A stretch of DNA of 64,000 nt, taken from contig NZ_VFPP01000001.1 in the NCBI RefSeq assembly GCF_006716745.1, positions 5,155,386 through 5,219,385 of the forward strand, written 5' to 3'. The position numbers and the translations under genes were made by a program. This DNA comes from Saccharothrix saharensis (lineage in GTDB: Bacteria; Actinomycetota; Actinomycetes; Mycobacteriales; Pseudonocardiaceae). The notes beneath the pieces were generated by a model. That model was not told the DNA's origin, did not search any database, and saw nothing but the letters and a program-made list of their open reading frames with translations. Positions 9,934 to 18,053 of this stretch are shown in pieces. Positions within the stretch are counted from its first letter, which is position 1, and each line of letters starts with the position of its first letter.

Positions 9934-12900
9934 CTAGGCGCAGGGGTCCTTCCCGGCGTTGACGACGGCCAGGTCCTCCGGCGGCGACGTCTTGCCCGGC
10001 TCGCCGCCCGCCGCCTGCGGTGCGCGGGTCTCCTCGTCCCAGCCGGGCCCGATCAGCAACTGCACCGCGCCGCCCATGTTCGCCTGGAACTGCAGCGTCG
10101 CGCCGGGCACCGAGGACTGCAGCGTCGCCGCCGCGTCCTCCGCGCCGATGCCGTACAGGATCACGGTCTTCTCGGCGGGCGGCGCGTCACCGGGGATGAC
10201 GACGTCGTAACCGAGTTCCCGCAACGCGTCCGTGGCCCGACGGGCCGCGCCGCCGTTGTCCGGGTCACCGTTGCGCACCTGGATCTTGATGCCCTTGTGG
10301 TCGATGATCCTGCCCTGCTTCGGACCCGGCGGCGGCGCGGACGCCTGCGTCGGCTGGGCCTGGTTCGGGTCGGCCGGGGTGTTGTCCGGCGTCTCCTCGG
10401 GCAGCGGCGTGCCGTCGATGATCGCCTGGAACAACGCCTTGGTGTCCGCTTCCTTCAACAGCTCCAGGTTGTCGTCGTTGGACAGCGTCTCGCCCTCGGA
10501 CGTCTCGTGCGGGATGGTGATGAAGGTGACCCGGCCCGCTTCGAGGCTGCGCAACGACTGCGCCAGCGTCAGCATGTCGTTCACGCCGATGTTCTGGCCG
10601 ACGGTCGAGGAGGCGAACGCGTTGAGGAACGCGTTGAGCTTGCCCGGGTTCAGCAGGATCTCCGACGACAACGCCTTGCGCAGCAACGAGGACAGGAACT
10701 GCTGCTGCCGGTTGACCCGGTCGTAGTCGGTCTTGTCCTCGCCCGAGACCTTGCGGGCGCGCACGTAATCCAGCGCCTTGGTGCCGTTGACCTCGAACCG
10801 GCCCGCCTGGTCGAAGATCACGCCGAGCTCGTCGTCCTTCATCGGCTTCGGCACGCACACCGGAACGGTGCCGATGGCGTCGACCATGCCCTTGAAGCCG
10901 TTGAAGTCGACGCTGATGAAGTGGTTGATCTCCAGGCCGGTCAGCTCGGTCATGAACTTGCTGACGCACTTGGGCCCGCCGACCGCGTACGGCTCGTTGG
11001 CCTTCACGTCCTCTTCGGCGTCGAGCTGCTCGCCGGTGTACTGGCCGGTGGAGGGATCCCACCGCTCGCACTGCGGGCGCTTGATGAGCAGGTCGCGCGG
11101 CACGGAGACGACGACCATGCGCTTACGGTCGGCGGGGATGTGCGCGAGCATCAGCACGTCCGAGCGCGCGCCCGGCTCGAAGTTGGCGTCGCCGACGCCG
11201 TCCTGCGGCTTGGCGCCCGCCCGGGTGTCCGAGCCGACGATGAGGAAGTTCTCGTCGCCGAGCTGCTTCTCCGCCTCGTGCACCGCGGCGGAGTTGGTGT
11301 TCAGCGCGTCGATCTCGGTGAACTTGCTGTCGATGTAGAACATCGCGCCCCAGCCGAGGCCGGTGGACACGAACACCAGCACCGCGGCGGCCAGCGACAC
11401 GACCTTGACCGTGCGCACGATCTTGCTGTGCTTGGCGGTGCGGCCGCGGCGGCGCGGGCCTTCGTCGTCGGGGGCGTCGACCGGTGAGGCGTACTCGGTG
11501 GCGTCCTCGTCGTGGTCGGCCTTCCACGGCATGAGCTTCTGGCGGCGTTCCTTGCGCAGGCGTTCCTGCTCGGCCAGCTCGTCGTGGACGGCGGAGAAGC
11601 GGGCCAGGGTGTGGTCGACCTCGCGACGTTTCTTGACGTCGTCGCTGATGGCCTCCATCTCCGTGGTGAGGCTGGCCGGGTCGATGGCCTCGCGCGGCTC
11701 GGGGCTCGCGCCGCCGCCGAGGCGGTCGGCGATGACGGGTGCCGCGTCGGGCACGACGACGTCGCCGTCGTCGGCGAACCTGCGACCGGTCACGTCACCG
11801 ACGGGCCGCGGGCCGCTGCCGTCCGCGGGACCGTCCGCGAGGCGACGCGGGCCGCTGCCGTCCACCGGGGGCACCGGCGGGCCGTCGGCGAGGCGGCGGG
11901 GACCGTCCACCGGGGGTGCGGGGGGTCCGTCGGCCAGGCGACGTGGGCCGTCGACCGGGGGTGCGGGTGGTCCGTCCGCCAGGCGACGGGGACCGTCGAC
12001 CGCGGGTGGGCCGTCGGCGAGCCGCCGAGGGCCGTCCACCGGTGGGCCGTCGGCCAGGCGGCGCGGGCCGTCGACCGGGGGTGCGGGAGGTCCGTCGGCG
12101 AGGCGGCGCGGGCCGTCGGGCGGCGCGATCGGGGGGGCCGGGGGTCCGTCGGCGAGCCGACGCGGGCCGCTGCCGTCGGGACGGCGGCCGACCGGGTCCT
12201 CACCGGGCGCACCGGGTGCCGGGCGGCGCGGGTCGGCGGGTGCTTCGGGGCGCGGTCGGCGGCCGGTGCCGGGTCCGCCGGTCAGGTCGTGCGGGCCGCT
12301 GCCGGTGGCCGGCGGGCCGGGGTGGGGCCGTCGGCCGGTGTGCTCACCGGGACGCGGCCCGTCCGCGAGCCGCCGCCCGGTGCCGTCGGCCGGCGCGCCT
12401 TCGGCGACCCGGCGTCCGGGCGGTGCGAGGTCGTCCGGCCGGCGGCGCGGTCCGCTGCCGTCGGGCACGCGCCGGGACGCGTCCGGGGCGAGGGCCTGCG
12501 GGCCTTCCGCCGGGCGGCGGGGCGCGTTCTCGGGCCGTTGACGGGGTCCGCTGCCGTCCGGCACGCGCCGTGGCGCGTCGGGAGCCAGGTCGTCGGGACG
12601 ACGGCGTTGCCCGGTGCTCTCGGCGACCCGGCCGGGGCCATCCGGTGTGAGGTCTTCGGGCCGGCGGCGCGGTCCGCTGCCGTCGGGCACGCGCCGGGAC
12701 GCGTCGGGGGCGAGGCCTTCCGGGCGGGGCGCGGCGGGGTCGGGGTGCCGTCGGCCGGGGTGCGGACGCCGGCCGGTGCCGTCGGCGGGCCGGGGCGGTG
12801 CGGCCGGGTCCTGCGGTGCGCGCGGGACGTCCGGGCCGGGGCGGCCGTTGGCGGGGATGCGCCTGCTCGGCTCGCCCGGCCGCGGTGCGAGGTCGTCCGG

Positions 12901-13377
12901 GCGGCCGGGGTGACCGTTCGGCGGGGGCGCGGTGCGGCCGGGACGTGCCGGGCCGGGCTCGTCGGGACGGCGGCGCGCGCCGGTGTCCTCCGGTACGGGG
13001 CGCGGCGTCCTGGTCCCGGTGCCCTCGCCCGCCGGGGCGAAGAAGTCGTTGGAGGGCGGCGCGGCCGGCGGCGGGGCCTGGCGGCGCGGCGGTTCCGGCG
13101 CGGCGCGGCGGCCGGTGCCCTCGGGGGCCTGGCGGCCGTTCTGGGGCGGCGCGGGTCTGCGTGGCGGCTCGGGCTCGGGCGCGGCGCGCCGGCCGGTGTC
13201 CGACGGACCGGGTGGGACCGGGCGGGGGATGTTCGTGCGGCTGTGCTGCTCCAGCAGGTCGGACACGCTCAGCCCGCCACCGTCCAGCGACCTGCGGCGA
13301 CGGCCGGTCGGCTGGTCGTCCTGCGGGGCCTGGTCACCTCCGGGTCCGGGGCCGCCACGGCGGGGCTCGTCGGGCAC
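9934..13377 (-). CDS. LytR-CpsA-Psr (LCP) family cell-wall glycopolymer transferase with ~620-aa Pro/Arg/Gly-rich repeat-containing cytoplasmic N-terminus
   Basis: One TM (VVSLAAAVLVFVSTGLGWGAMFYI), an LCP catalytic domain (FLIVGSDTR..SDVLMLAHI..VSVPRDL) and a C-terminal LytR_C domain. Positional equivalent of Mtb Rv0822c. Confidence 0.8.
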   Translation of the reverse strand: MPDEPRRGGPGPGGDQAPQDDQPTGRRRRSLDGGGLSVSDLLEQHSRTNIPRPVPPGPSDTGRRAAPEPEPPRRPAPPQNGRQAPEGTGRRAAPEPPRRQAPPPAAPPSNDFFAPAGEGTGTRTPRPVPEDTGARRRPDEPGPARPGRTAPPPNGHPGRPDDLAPRPGEPSRRIPANGRPGPDVPRAPQDPAAPPRPADGTGRRPHPGRRHPDPAAPRPEGLAPDASRRVPDGSGPRRRPEDLTPDGPGRVAESTGQRRRPDDLAPDAPRRVPDGSGPRQRPENAPRRPAEGPQALAPDASRRVPDGSGPRRRPDDLAPPGRRVAEGAPADGTGRRLADGPRPGEHTGRRPHPGPPATGSGPHDLTGGPGTGRRPRPEAPADPRRPAPGAPGEDPVGRRPDGSGPRRLADGPPAPPIAPPDGPRRLADGPPAPPVDGPRRLADGPPVDGPRRLADGPPAVDGPRRLADGPPAPPVDGPRRLADGPPAPPVDGPRRLADGPPVPPVDGSGPRRLADGPADGSGPRPVGDVTGRRFADDGDVVVPDAAPVIADRLGGGASPEPREAIDPASLTTEMEAISDDVKKRREVDHTLARFSAVHDELAEQERLRKERRQKLMPWKADHDEDATEYASPVDAPDDEGPRRRGRTAKHSKIVRTVKVVSLAAAVLVFVSTGLGWGAMFYIDSKFTEIDALNTNSAAVHEAEKQLGDENFLIVGSDTRAGAKPQDGVGDANFEPGARSDVLMLAHIPADRKRMVVVSVPRDLLIKRPQCERWDPSTGQYTGEQLDAEEDVKANEPYAVGGPKCVSKFMTELTGLEINHFISVDFNGFKGMVDAIGTVPVCVPKPMKDDELGVIFDQAGRFEVNGTKALDYVRARKVSGEDKTDYDRVNRQQQFLSSLLRKALSSEILLNPGKLNAFLNAFASSTVGQNIGVNDMLTLAQSLRSLEAGRVTFITIPHETSEGETLSNDDNLELLKEADTKALFQAIIDGTPLPEETPDNTPADPNQAQPTQASAPPPGPKQGRIIDHKGIKIQVRNGDPDNGGAARRATDALRELGYDVVIPGDAPPAEKTVILYGIGAEDAAATLQSSVPGATLQFQANMGGAVQLLIGPGWDEETRAPQAAGGEPGKTSPPEDLAVVNAGKDPCA
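11820..12180 (-). repeat. intragenic tandem repeat (~9 units of 30-45 bp) encoding (PPAPP)VDGPRRLADGP
   Basis: Visible as reiterated ggtccgtcggccaggcgacg.gggccgtcgaccggggg on the + strand. A second looser repeat block (PDGSGPRRRPDDLAPDA) lies at about 12390-12730. Confidence 0.6.
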
Positions 13378-13587
13378 CCGGTCTCCCTTCAGCGTCGGTC
13401 ATTAGTAGGTCGTCATCACGAGTTGACGACAGCAAGGACACAGTGGTTGCACCAACGGCGTGTCACTTGCCTTGGCGATACTACGGATGACCGCCAGTCC
13501 TGACGACCACTCCCGGTGATACAGGGGTCGGCAGTACTCGGTTGCGCGCAGCAGACTACGACCGAAAGGGTGAGTTGCTGGTCGGTG

Positions 13588-14586
13588 TCAGTAACCGACG
13601 ACCCTCGATTCGGCTATGCCTCGTCGCCCGGAAGCGGCACCCGCGAGGCGGACGCGACCGTTCTCCCGGTAGGCGACGGCGTTGCGTCCTGACTGCTTGG
13701 CGGTGTAGAGCAGGCTGTCCGCGAGCAGGAGCTGCTGCTCCGGGGTGACCGGCGGGCGCGTCGGCGACCCCGCGGCGGGCGGCTCGTAGGCCAGGCCGAT
13801 GCTGACGGTCACTCGCAAACCCGGCGCGAGCGAAGCCCAGGCGTGACGCTCGACACGCAACCGGGCCGCCTCGGCGATCTCCACCGCCGGCGCGGGCTCC
13901 ACGCCCGGCAGCACGAGGACGAACTCCTCGCCGCCGTAGCGGGCGCAGAACCCGCCCTCCGGCAGCTCCTCCTGCAACAGCTCGACCACGCGCTGCAACA
14001 CCCGGTCGCCCAGGAGGTGACCAAAAGTGTCATTCACCTGTTTGAACCAGTCCAGGTCGATCAACGCGATGGCCAGCCCCGACGCGGTCGACCCGCGCTC
14101 GGCGACCATGCCCAGCAGCCGCTCGTCCAGGTACCGGCGGTTGTAGCTGTCGGTGAGGCTGTCGCGCAGGCTCTGCTCGCGCGCCTCGGCGTGCTCGCGG
14201 CGCAGCCGGTCGACCTCCCGCCGCAGCTGCTCGGGCACCTGCGGCGGGTCGTCCTGGTCGGCGTAGACCAGGTCGAACGCGGACCGCAGGTGCTGGTAGG
14301 CCTGCCGCCACTGGCCCCTGGAGGCGAGCAGCGCGGCGATCGACTCGTGCAGCTGCACCAGGCCGGTGCCCTCGTGCTCGGACGCGGGCACGCCTCCTGC
14401 GGGCCGGCCGTCGTGGTCGGACCCGGCCACTTCGGGTCGCAGTGCGGTCATCGCGCTCACCTCCCTCCTTGCCAAGGTGTCGTCTGATACGAGGCGACGC
14501 TTGAGCCGGCGGGACGCGTCACAGAGGGATTTCCCTCGACTGGTTGACCGTGCACTGCTCCGAACCAGTGACATTCGGTGATCCAA
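13588..14586 (-). CDS. GGDEF-domain diguanylate cyclase
   Basis: RYGGEEF active-site motif, with DxLTxxxNRR and LDLDxFKxxND upstream. N-terminal ~150 aa uncharacterised. The start may be internal (MTALRPE). Confidence 0.8.
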   Translation of the reverse strand: MDHRMSLVRSSARSTSRGKSLCDASRRLKRRLVSDDTLARREVSAMTALRPEVAGSDHDGRPAGGVPASEHEGTGLVQLHESIAALLASRGQWRQAYQHLRSAFDLVYADQDDPPQVPEQLRREVDRLRREHAEAREQSLRDSLTDSYNRRYLDERLLGMVAERGSTASGLAIALIDLDWFKQVNDTFGHLLGDRVLQRVVELLQEELPEGGFCARYGGEEFVLVLPGVEPAPAVEIAEAARLRVERHAWASLAPGLRVTVSIGLAYEPPAAGSPTRPPVTPEQQLLLADSLLYTAKQSGRNAVAYRENGRVRLAGAASGRRGIAESRVVGY

Positions 14587-14631
14587 CGACCCAAAAACTT
14601 GCCGAGCGTGGTCAACGGGCTCCGCGTCACC

Positions 14632-15090
14632 TCAATTGACGCACGGGGCGAAGCCGTAGGCCTTGCCGTTGAGCAGGACGACGTGCTGCGAGCCGATCTG
14701 GCTGCCGACCTCCGTGCCCTCCTGCACCACGGTCAACGTCACCGCGACGACCAGCACCACGCCGCGCGGGTGCTCGTCCGCGCCGGGCGGCGTCCACGCC
14801 GGGTCCAGGCGCAGCGTCGACATGGTCGGCTGCACCTTGATGGTGCCCGCGGGCAGCTCGCAGTCCTCGTCGCGGAAGTCGGGGTGCTGGGTGTCGTCGA
14901 GCAGCTCGTGCTGCTCGGACGTGCCCTGCCCGCCCGCCTCGTTGAGGTCGGCGAAGTAGCCGGACACCAGCTCGCGCTCCACGTCGGTGACCCGCAGCGG
15001 ACGGGCCACGCCGGTGATCGTCGAGCCGCACCCGGTCAGCACGAGGGCGCACGCCAGCGCGATCGCGGCGCGCGCGAGCACCTCAGCCAC
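14632..15090 (-). CDS. hypothetical lipoprotein
   Basis: Signal peptide with lipobox LTGCGS. 152 aa. Confidence 0.4.
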   Translation of the reverse strand: MAEVLARAAIALACALVLTGCGSTITGVARPLRVTDVERELVSGYFADLNEAGGQGTSEQHELLDDTQHPDFRDEDCELPAGTIKVQPTMSTLRLDPAWTPPGADEHPRGVVLVVAVTLTVVQEGTEVGSQIGSQHVVLLNGKAYGFAPCVN

Positions 15091-16231
15091 CCGAGTGCAG
15101 CTCGTCGGCGCCCACCGGCACGGTGGCGTCCTCCGGGTCGTCCAGCCAGCCGTCGGGCAGCACGACCTTGCCGGGCGAGCCCTGCCGGCCGCGCGGTTCG
15201 TCGGCGTTGTCCGGGAACGGGAGGTCCGGGTCGAGCCGGCCGACCAGGTCGTCCAGCTCGGCGAGCGTGGAGACCATGGCCAGCGCGCGCCGCAGCTCCG
15301 CGCCGACCGGGAAGCCCTTCAGGTACCAGGACACGTGCTTGCGCAGGTCACGCAGCCCTTTGTCCTCGCCCAGGAAGTCGGCGAGCAGGGCACCGTGGCG
15401 GCGCAGCACCTCCCCGACCTGACCCAGCCGCGGCCCCTCCGGGATGGGCTCGCCCCGGAACGCGGCCTGCAGCTCGCCGAACAGCCACGGCCGCCCCAGG
15501 CAGCCGCGCCCGACGACCACGCCGTCGCACCCGGTCCTCGCGACCATGTTTAGGGCGTCGCGGGCGCTGAAGATGTCGCCGTTGCCGAGCACGGGGATGC
15601 TGGTCACGGCCTCCTTCAGGCGGGCGATGGCGGACCAGTCGGCCTGGCCGGAGTAGCGCTGGGCGGCGGTGCGCGCGTGCAGGGCGACGGCTCGCGCGCC
15701 CTCGTCCTCGGCGATGCGGCCCGCGTCCAGGTAGGTGAGGTGGTCGTCGTCGATGCCGATGCGGAACTTGACCGTCACCGGCACCCCGGCGGGCTCGGCG
15801 GCCCGTACCGCGGCCCGGACGATCTGCCGGAACAGCTGGCGCTTGTACGGCAGGGCCGCGCCGCCGCCCTTGCGCGTCACCTTGGGCACGGGGCAGCCGA
15901 AGTTCATGTCGATGTGGTCGGCCCGGTCCTCGGCGACGATGATCCTCGCGGCTTCGGCCATGGACTTCGGGTCCACGCCGTAGAGCTGCATCGAGCGGGG
16001 GTTCTCGCCCTCGCCGAAGGTGATCATCTGCATCGTCTTGGCGTCGCGTTCGACGATGGCGCGGGCCGTGATCATCTCGCAGACGTAGAGCGAGGTCGGG
16101 CTGCCGAACTCGCGGCACAGCTGCCGGAAGGCCACGTTCGTGATGCCGGCCATGGGGGCGAGCACGACGGCGGGATCGACCGGGTACCGGCCGATCGTCA
16201 GGGGCTTGGTGGCGTGCAGGGCGGTGGACAT
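15083..16231 (-). CDS. dusB: tRNA-dihydrouridine synthase DusB-like
   Basis: Dus TIM-barrel motifs (LAPMAGITN, DMNFGCP, VTVKFRIG). Start assigned to internal ATG MSTALHATK; the 437-aa ORF adds a junk N-extension. Positional equivalent of Mtb Rv0823c. Confidence 0.8.
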   Translation of the reverse strand: MSTALHATKPLTIGRYPVDPAVVLAPMAGITNVAFRQLCREFGSPTSLYVCEMITARAIVERDAKTMQMITFGEGENPRSMQLYGVDPKSMAEAARIIVAEDRADHIDMNFGCPVPKVTRKGGGAALPYKRQLFRQIVRAAVRAAEPAGVPVTVKFRIGIDDDHLTYLDAGRIAEDEGARAVALHARTAAQRYSGQADWSAIARLKEAVTSIPVLGNGDIFSARDALNMVARTGCDGVVVGRGCLGRPWLFGELQAAFRGEPIPEGPRLGQVGEVLRRHGALLADFLGEDKGLRDLRKHVSWYLKGFPVGAELRRALAMVSTLAELDDLVGRLDPDLPFPDNADEPRGRQGSPGKVVLPDGWLDDPEDATVPVGADELHSGG

Positions 16232-16459
16232 CGCCGTCCATTGTCGCCCAGCCCCGGTAGTGGTGGGCGCCACATCACCGAACGGACCGCACCCGCCACG
16301 CCGGCTCCGGCTCGTGGCCGCGAGCACGCGGTCCGGGGCGAGGTGGGCGACGAGACCCCCGAGCACGGCCGCGTCCGCCATGGCCGGCGCCCGCACGTGG
16401 CGCTTCGCACGTCACAGGCGGTCCACCTGGGGAGCGCGCTGGAGGTCGACCAGCCCGGG

Positions 16460-16945
16460 TCAGCGCCGCACCACCCAGTCGTGGCAGCGCATCCAGCGGC
16501 CCGGCGGGTACTCGAAGTCGACTTCGCCGAGCAGCGTGAAGCCCGCCTTGCGGCACACCGCGTTGGACGCCGGGTGGTCCACCGACGGGAACGCGTGCAC
16601 CGACCGCCGACCGCCCTCGACCGGCGCGGCCGCCACCGTCGCCCGTGCCGCCACCGAGGCCACCCCGCGACCCTGGAACTCCGGCAGCACGCTCCACCCG
16701 ACCTCCCAGACCTCCTCGTCGCGCCACGTCCGGCCCCAGTACCCGATGCTGCCCGCGGGAACCCCGTCGACCTCGACCCGGAACATCCGACCGTCGCCGA
16801 GCAGGAGGTAGCGCCGGTGCCGGTCGGTCACCCGGTCGTCGGGTTCCGGGCCGCCGAGGTGGTCGGTCAGCTCCGGCGCGTTCAGCCGGCGCAACAACCC
16901 GAGGTCGCCCTCGGACCACGGCCGCAGGTCGATGTGCGGGGTCAT
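16460..16945 (-). CDS. GNAT family N-acetyltransferase
   Basis: Start at MTPHIDLRPW. GNAT-like core (..VGWSVLPEFQGRGVASVAARA..). Confidence 0.5.
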   Translation of the reverse strand: MTPHIDLRPWSEGDLGLLRRLNAPELTDHLGGPEPDDRVTDRHRRYLLLGDGRMFRVEVDGVPAGSIGYWGRTWRDEEVWEVGWSVLPEFQGRGVASVAARATVAAAPVEGGRRSVHAFPSVDHPASNAVCRKAGFTLLGEVDFEYPPGRWMRCHDWVVRR

Positions 16946-16983
16946 GGGGGCAGGGTGCCGGCGGGGTACGACAGTCCCCGGTG

Positions 16984-17454
16984 TCAGAACGGGACGGTGA
17001 TGCAGCCGACCCGCGCACCCGCCGTGCCCGCGTGCCCCGGCTCGGTGTGCGTGTGCTCCTCGTGCAGCACGATCGACCGGGGCCGCCGTTCCCCGAACCG
17101 CCACTCCACCCGCGCCCGCGCCTCACCCCACCCGTTCGCGTCGGTGGTGAAGTCGAGCCAGATCTCGTTGTCCGGGTTGGCGAACGCGGGATCCGTCGCT
17201 CCACCCTGGACGTGCTGGTAGTGCGGCCCGGAGTCGGCGGGCGCCGGCCCGCAGGGGTTCACGTGCGCGTGCGCGCCGTAGGCACGGTCCGGCAGCAGAC
17301 CGCGGGCGCGCAACAACACGACCGTGCCGCCGTTCACGGGCGCGGCCGCCACATCGGCCCGCGCCCCGGCGGGCACCCGCGGGTCGTAACTGATGAGGTC
17401 CCCGGACACGACGGTGAACGAAGCGGTGAGGGCGAGTGCCACAGCGAAGTGCAT
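16984..17454 (-). CDS. sodC: Cu/Zn superoxide dismutase-like secreted protein
   Basis: Signal peptide MHFAVALALTASFTVVSG. C-terminus HEEHTHTEPGHAGTAGARVGCITV resembles the SodC G-N-A-G-x-R-x-A-C-G-V-I end. His-rich copper-site-like region. Confidence 0.45.
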   Translation of the reverse strand: MHFAVALALTASFTVVSGDLISYDPRVPAGARADVAAAPVNGGTVVLLRARGLLPDRAYGAHAHVNPCGPAPADSGPHYQHVQGGATDPAFANPDNEIWLDFTTDANGWGEARARVEWRFGERRPRSIVLHEEHTHTEPGHAGTAGARVGCITVPF

Positions 17455-17546
17455 GGCTCTCTGCTTATCGCCGCCCACCCCCACCCGCCACCGCGATCAC
17501 CCGTTCCGGTGGAATTCGCACCGGTCGGCGATGGGGGATGCGCGGT

Positions 17547-17589
17547 CGAGTTTGGTGGGCCGCCAGGGACTCGAACCCTGAACCCGAAG
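17547..17589. repeat. att-like direct repeat (partial 3' copy of tRNA-Lys)
   Basis: Identical to 26331-26373. Not a complete tRNA. Confidence 0.7.
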
Positions 17590-18053
17590 GTTGTAAATCT
17601 TGCTCGCTTGACGTCTGCCAATATTGTCCGTCGTCTGCTGCCACCTGCAGAATTTTCAATCGTGAACCGCCACTGTGTATAGATCGATGCGGTGCTCTAT
17701 CGTCGTTAGTTAGGGGTAACTGAGGGGCCTAACCCTGCTGCGGACATCGTCCGTCGCGTCCACTGCCTACCCTTTGACGTGTCGTCCACCTTCGTCTCGA
17801 CCTCTTAGATAGCAAGGTTATCGCTATCCGTTTTGTGATCAAACGACGATGAAGGTAGCTTGTGAACCACTGACCTGTGATGGTCTAGCGTAGGCGCGCA
17901 GTGGATATGAATCGTCCTCAAGTTGAAGACCGTGGATCTCTATCGACAAGTCTCGACAGTTCGTTACCAGGCGGGCGAATTGTTATGAGTTGTTGACAGT
18001 TCAAGCGTCTTGCCGAACACACGTTCGAATACGGGTAACGTGCTACACCCGAT

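Noticed and set aside
7600-12200. Possible CRISPR array suggested by short periodic repeats (7600-8300 and 11820-12180)
   Set aside because: The repeats are in-frame codon repeats within protein-coding genes, with no repeat-spacer architecture and no cas genes.
9910-13503. ORFs 9910-11487(+) and 11512-13503(+) antisense to the LCP gene
   Set aside because: The minus-strand frame encodes a recognisable LCP and LytR_C protein with a TM helix. The plus-strand ORFs are repeat-driven artefacts.
17553-17589. Second tRNA-Lys
   Set aside because: Only the 3' 37 nt (T-arm, acceptor 3' strand and part of the anticodon arm) are present. It is the att-site remnant, not a gene.
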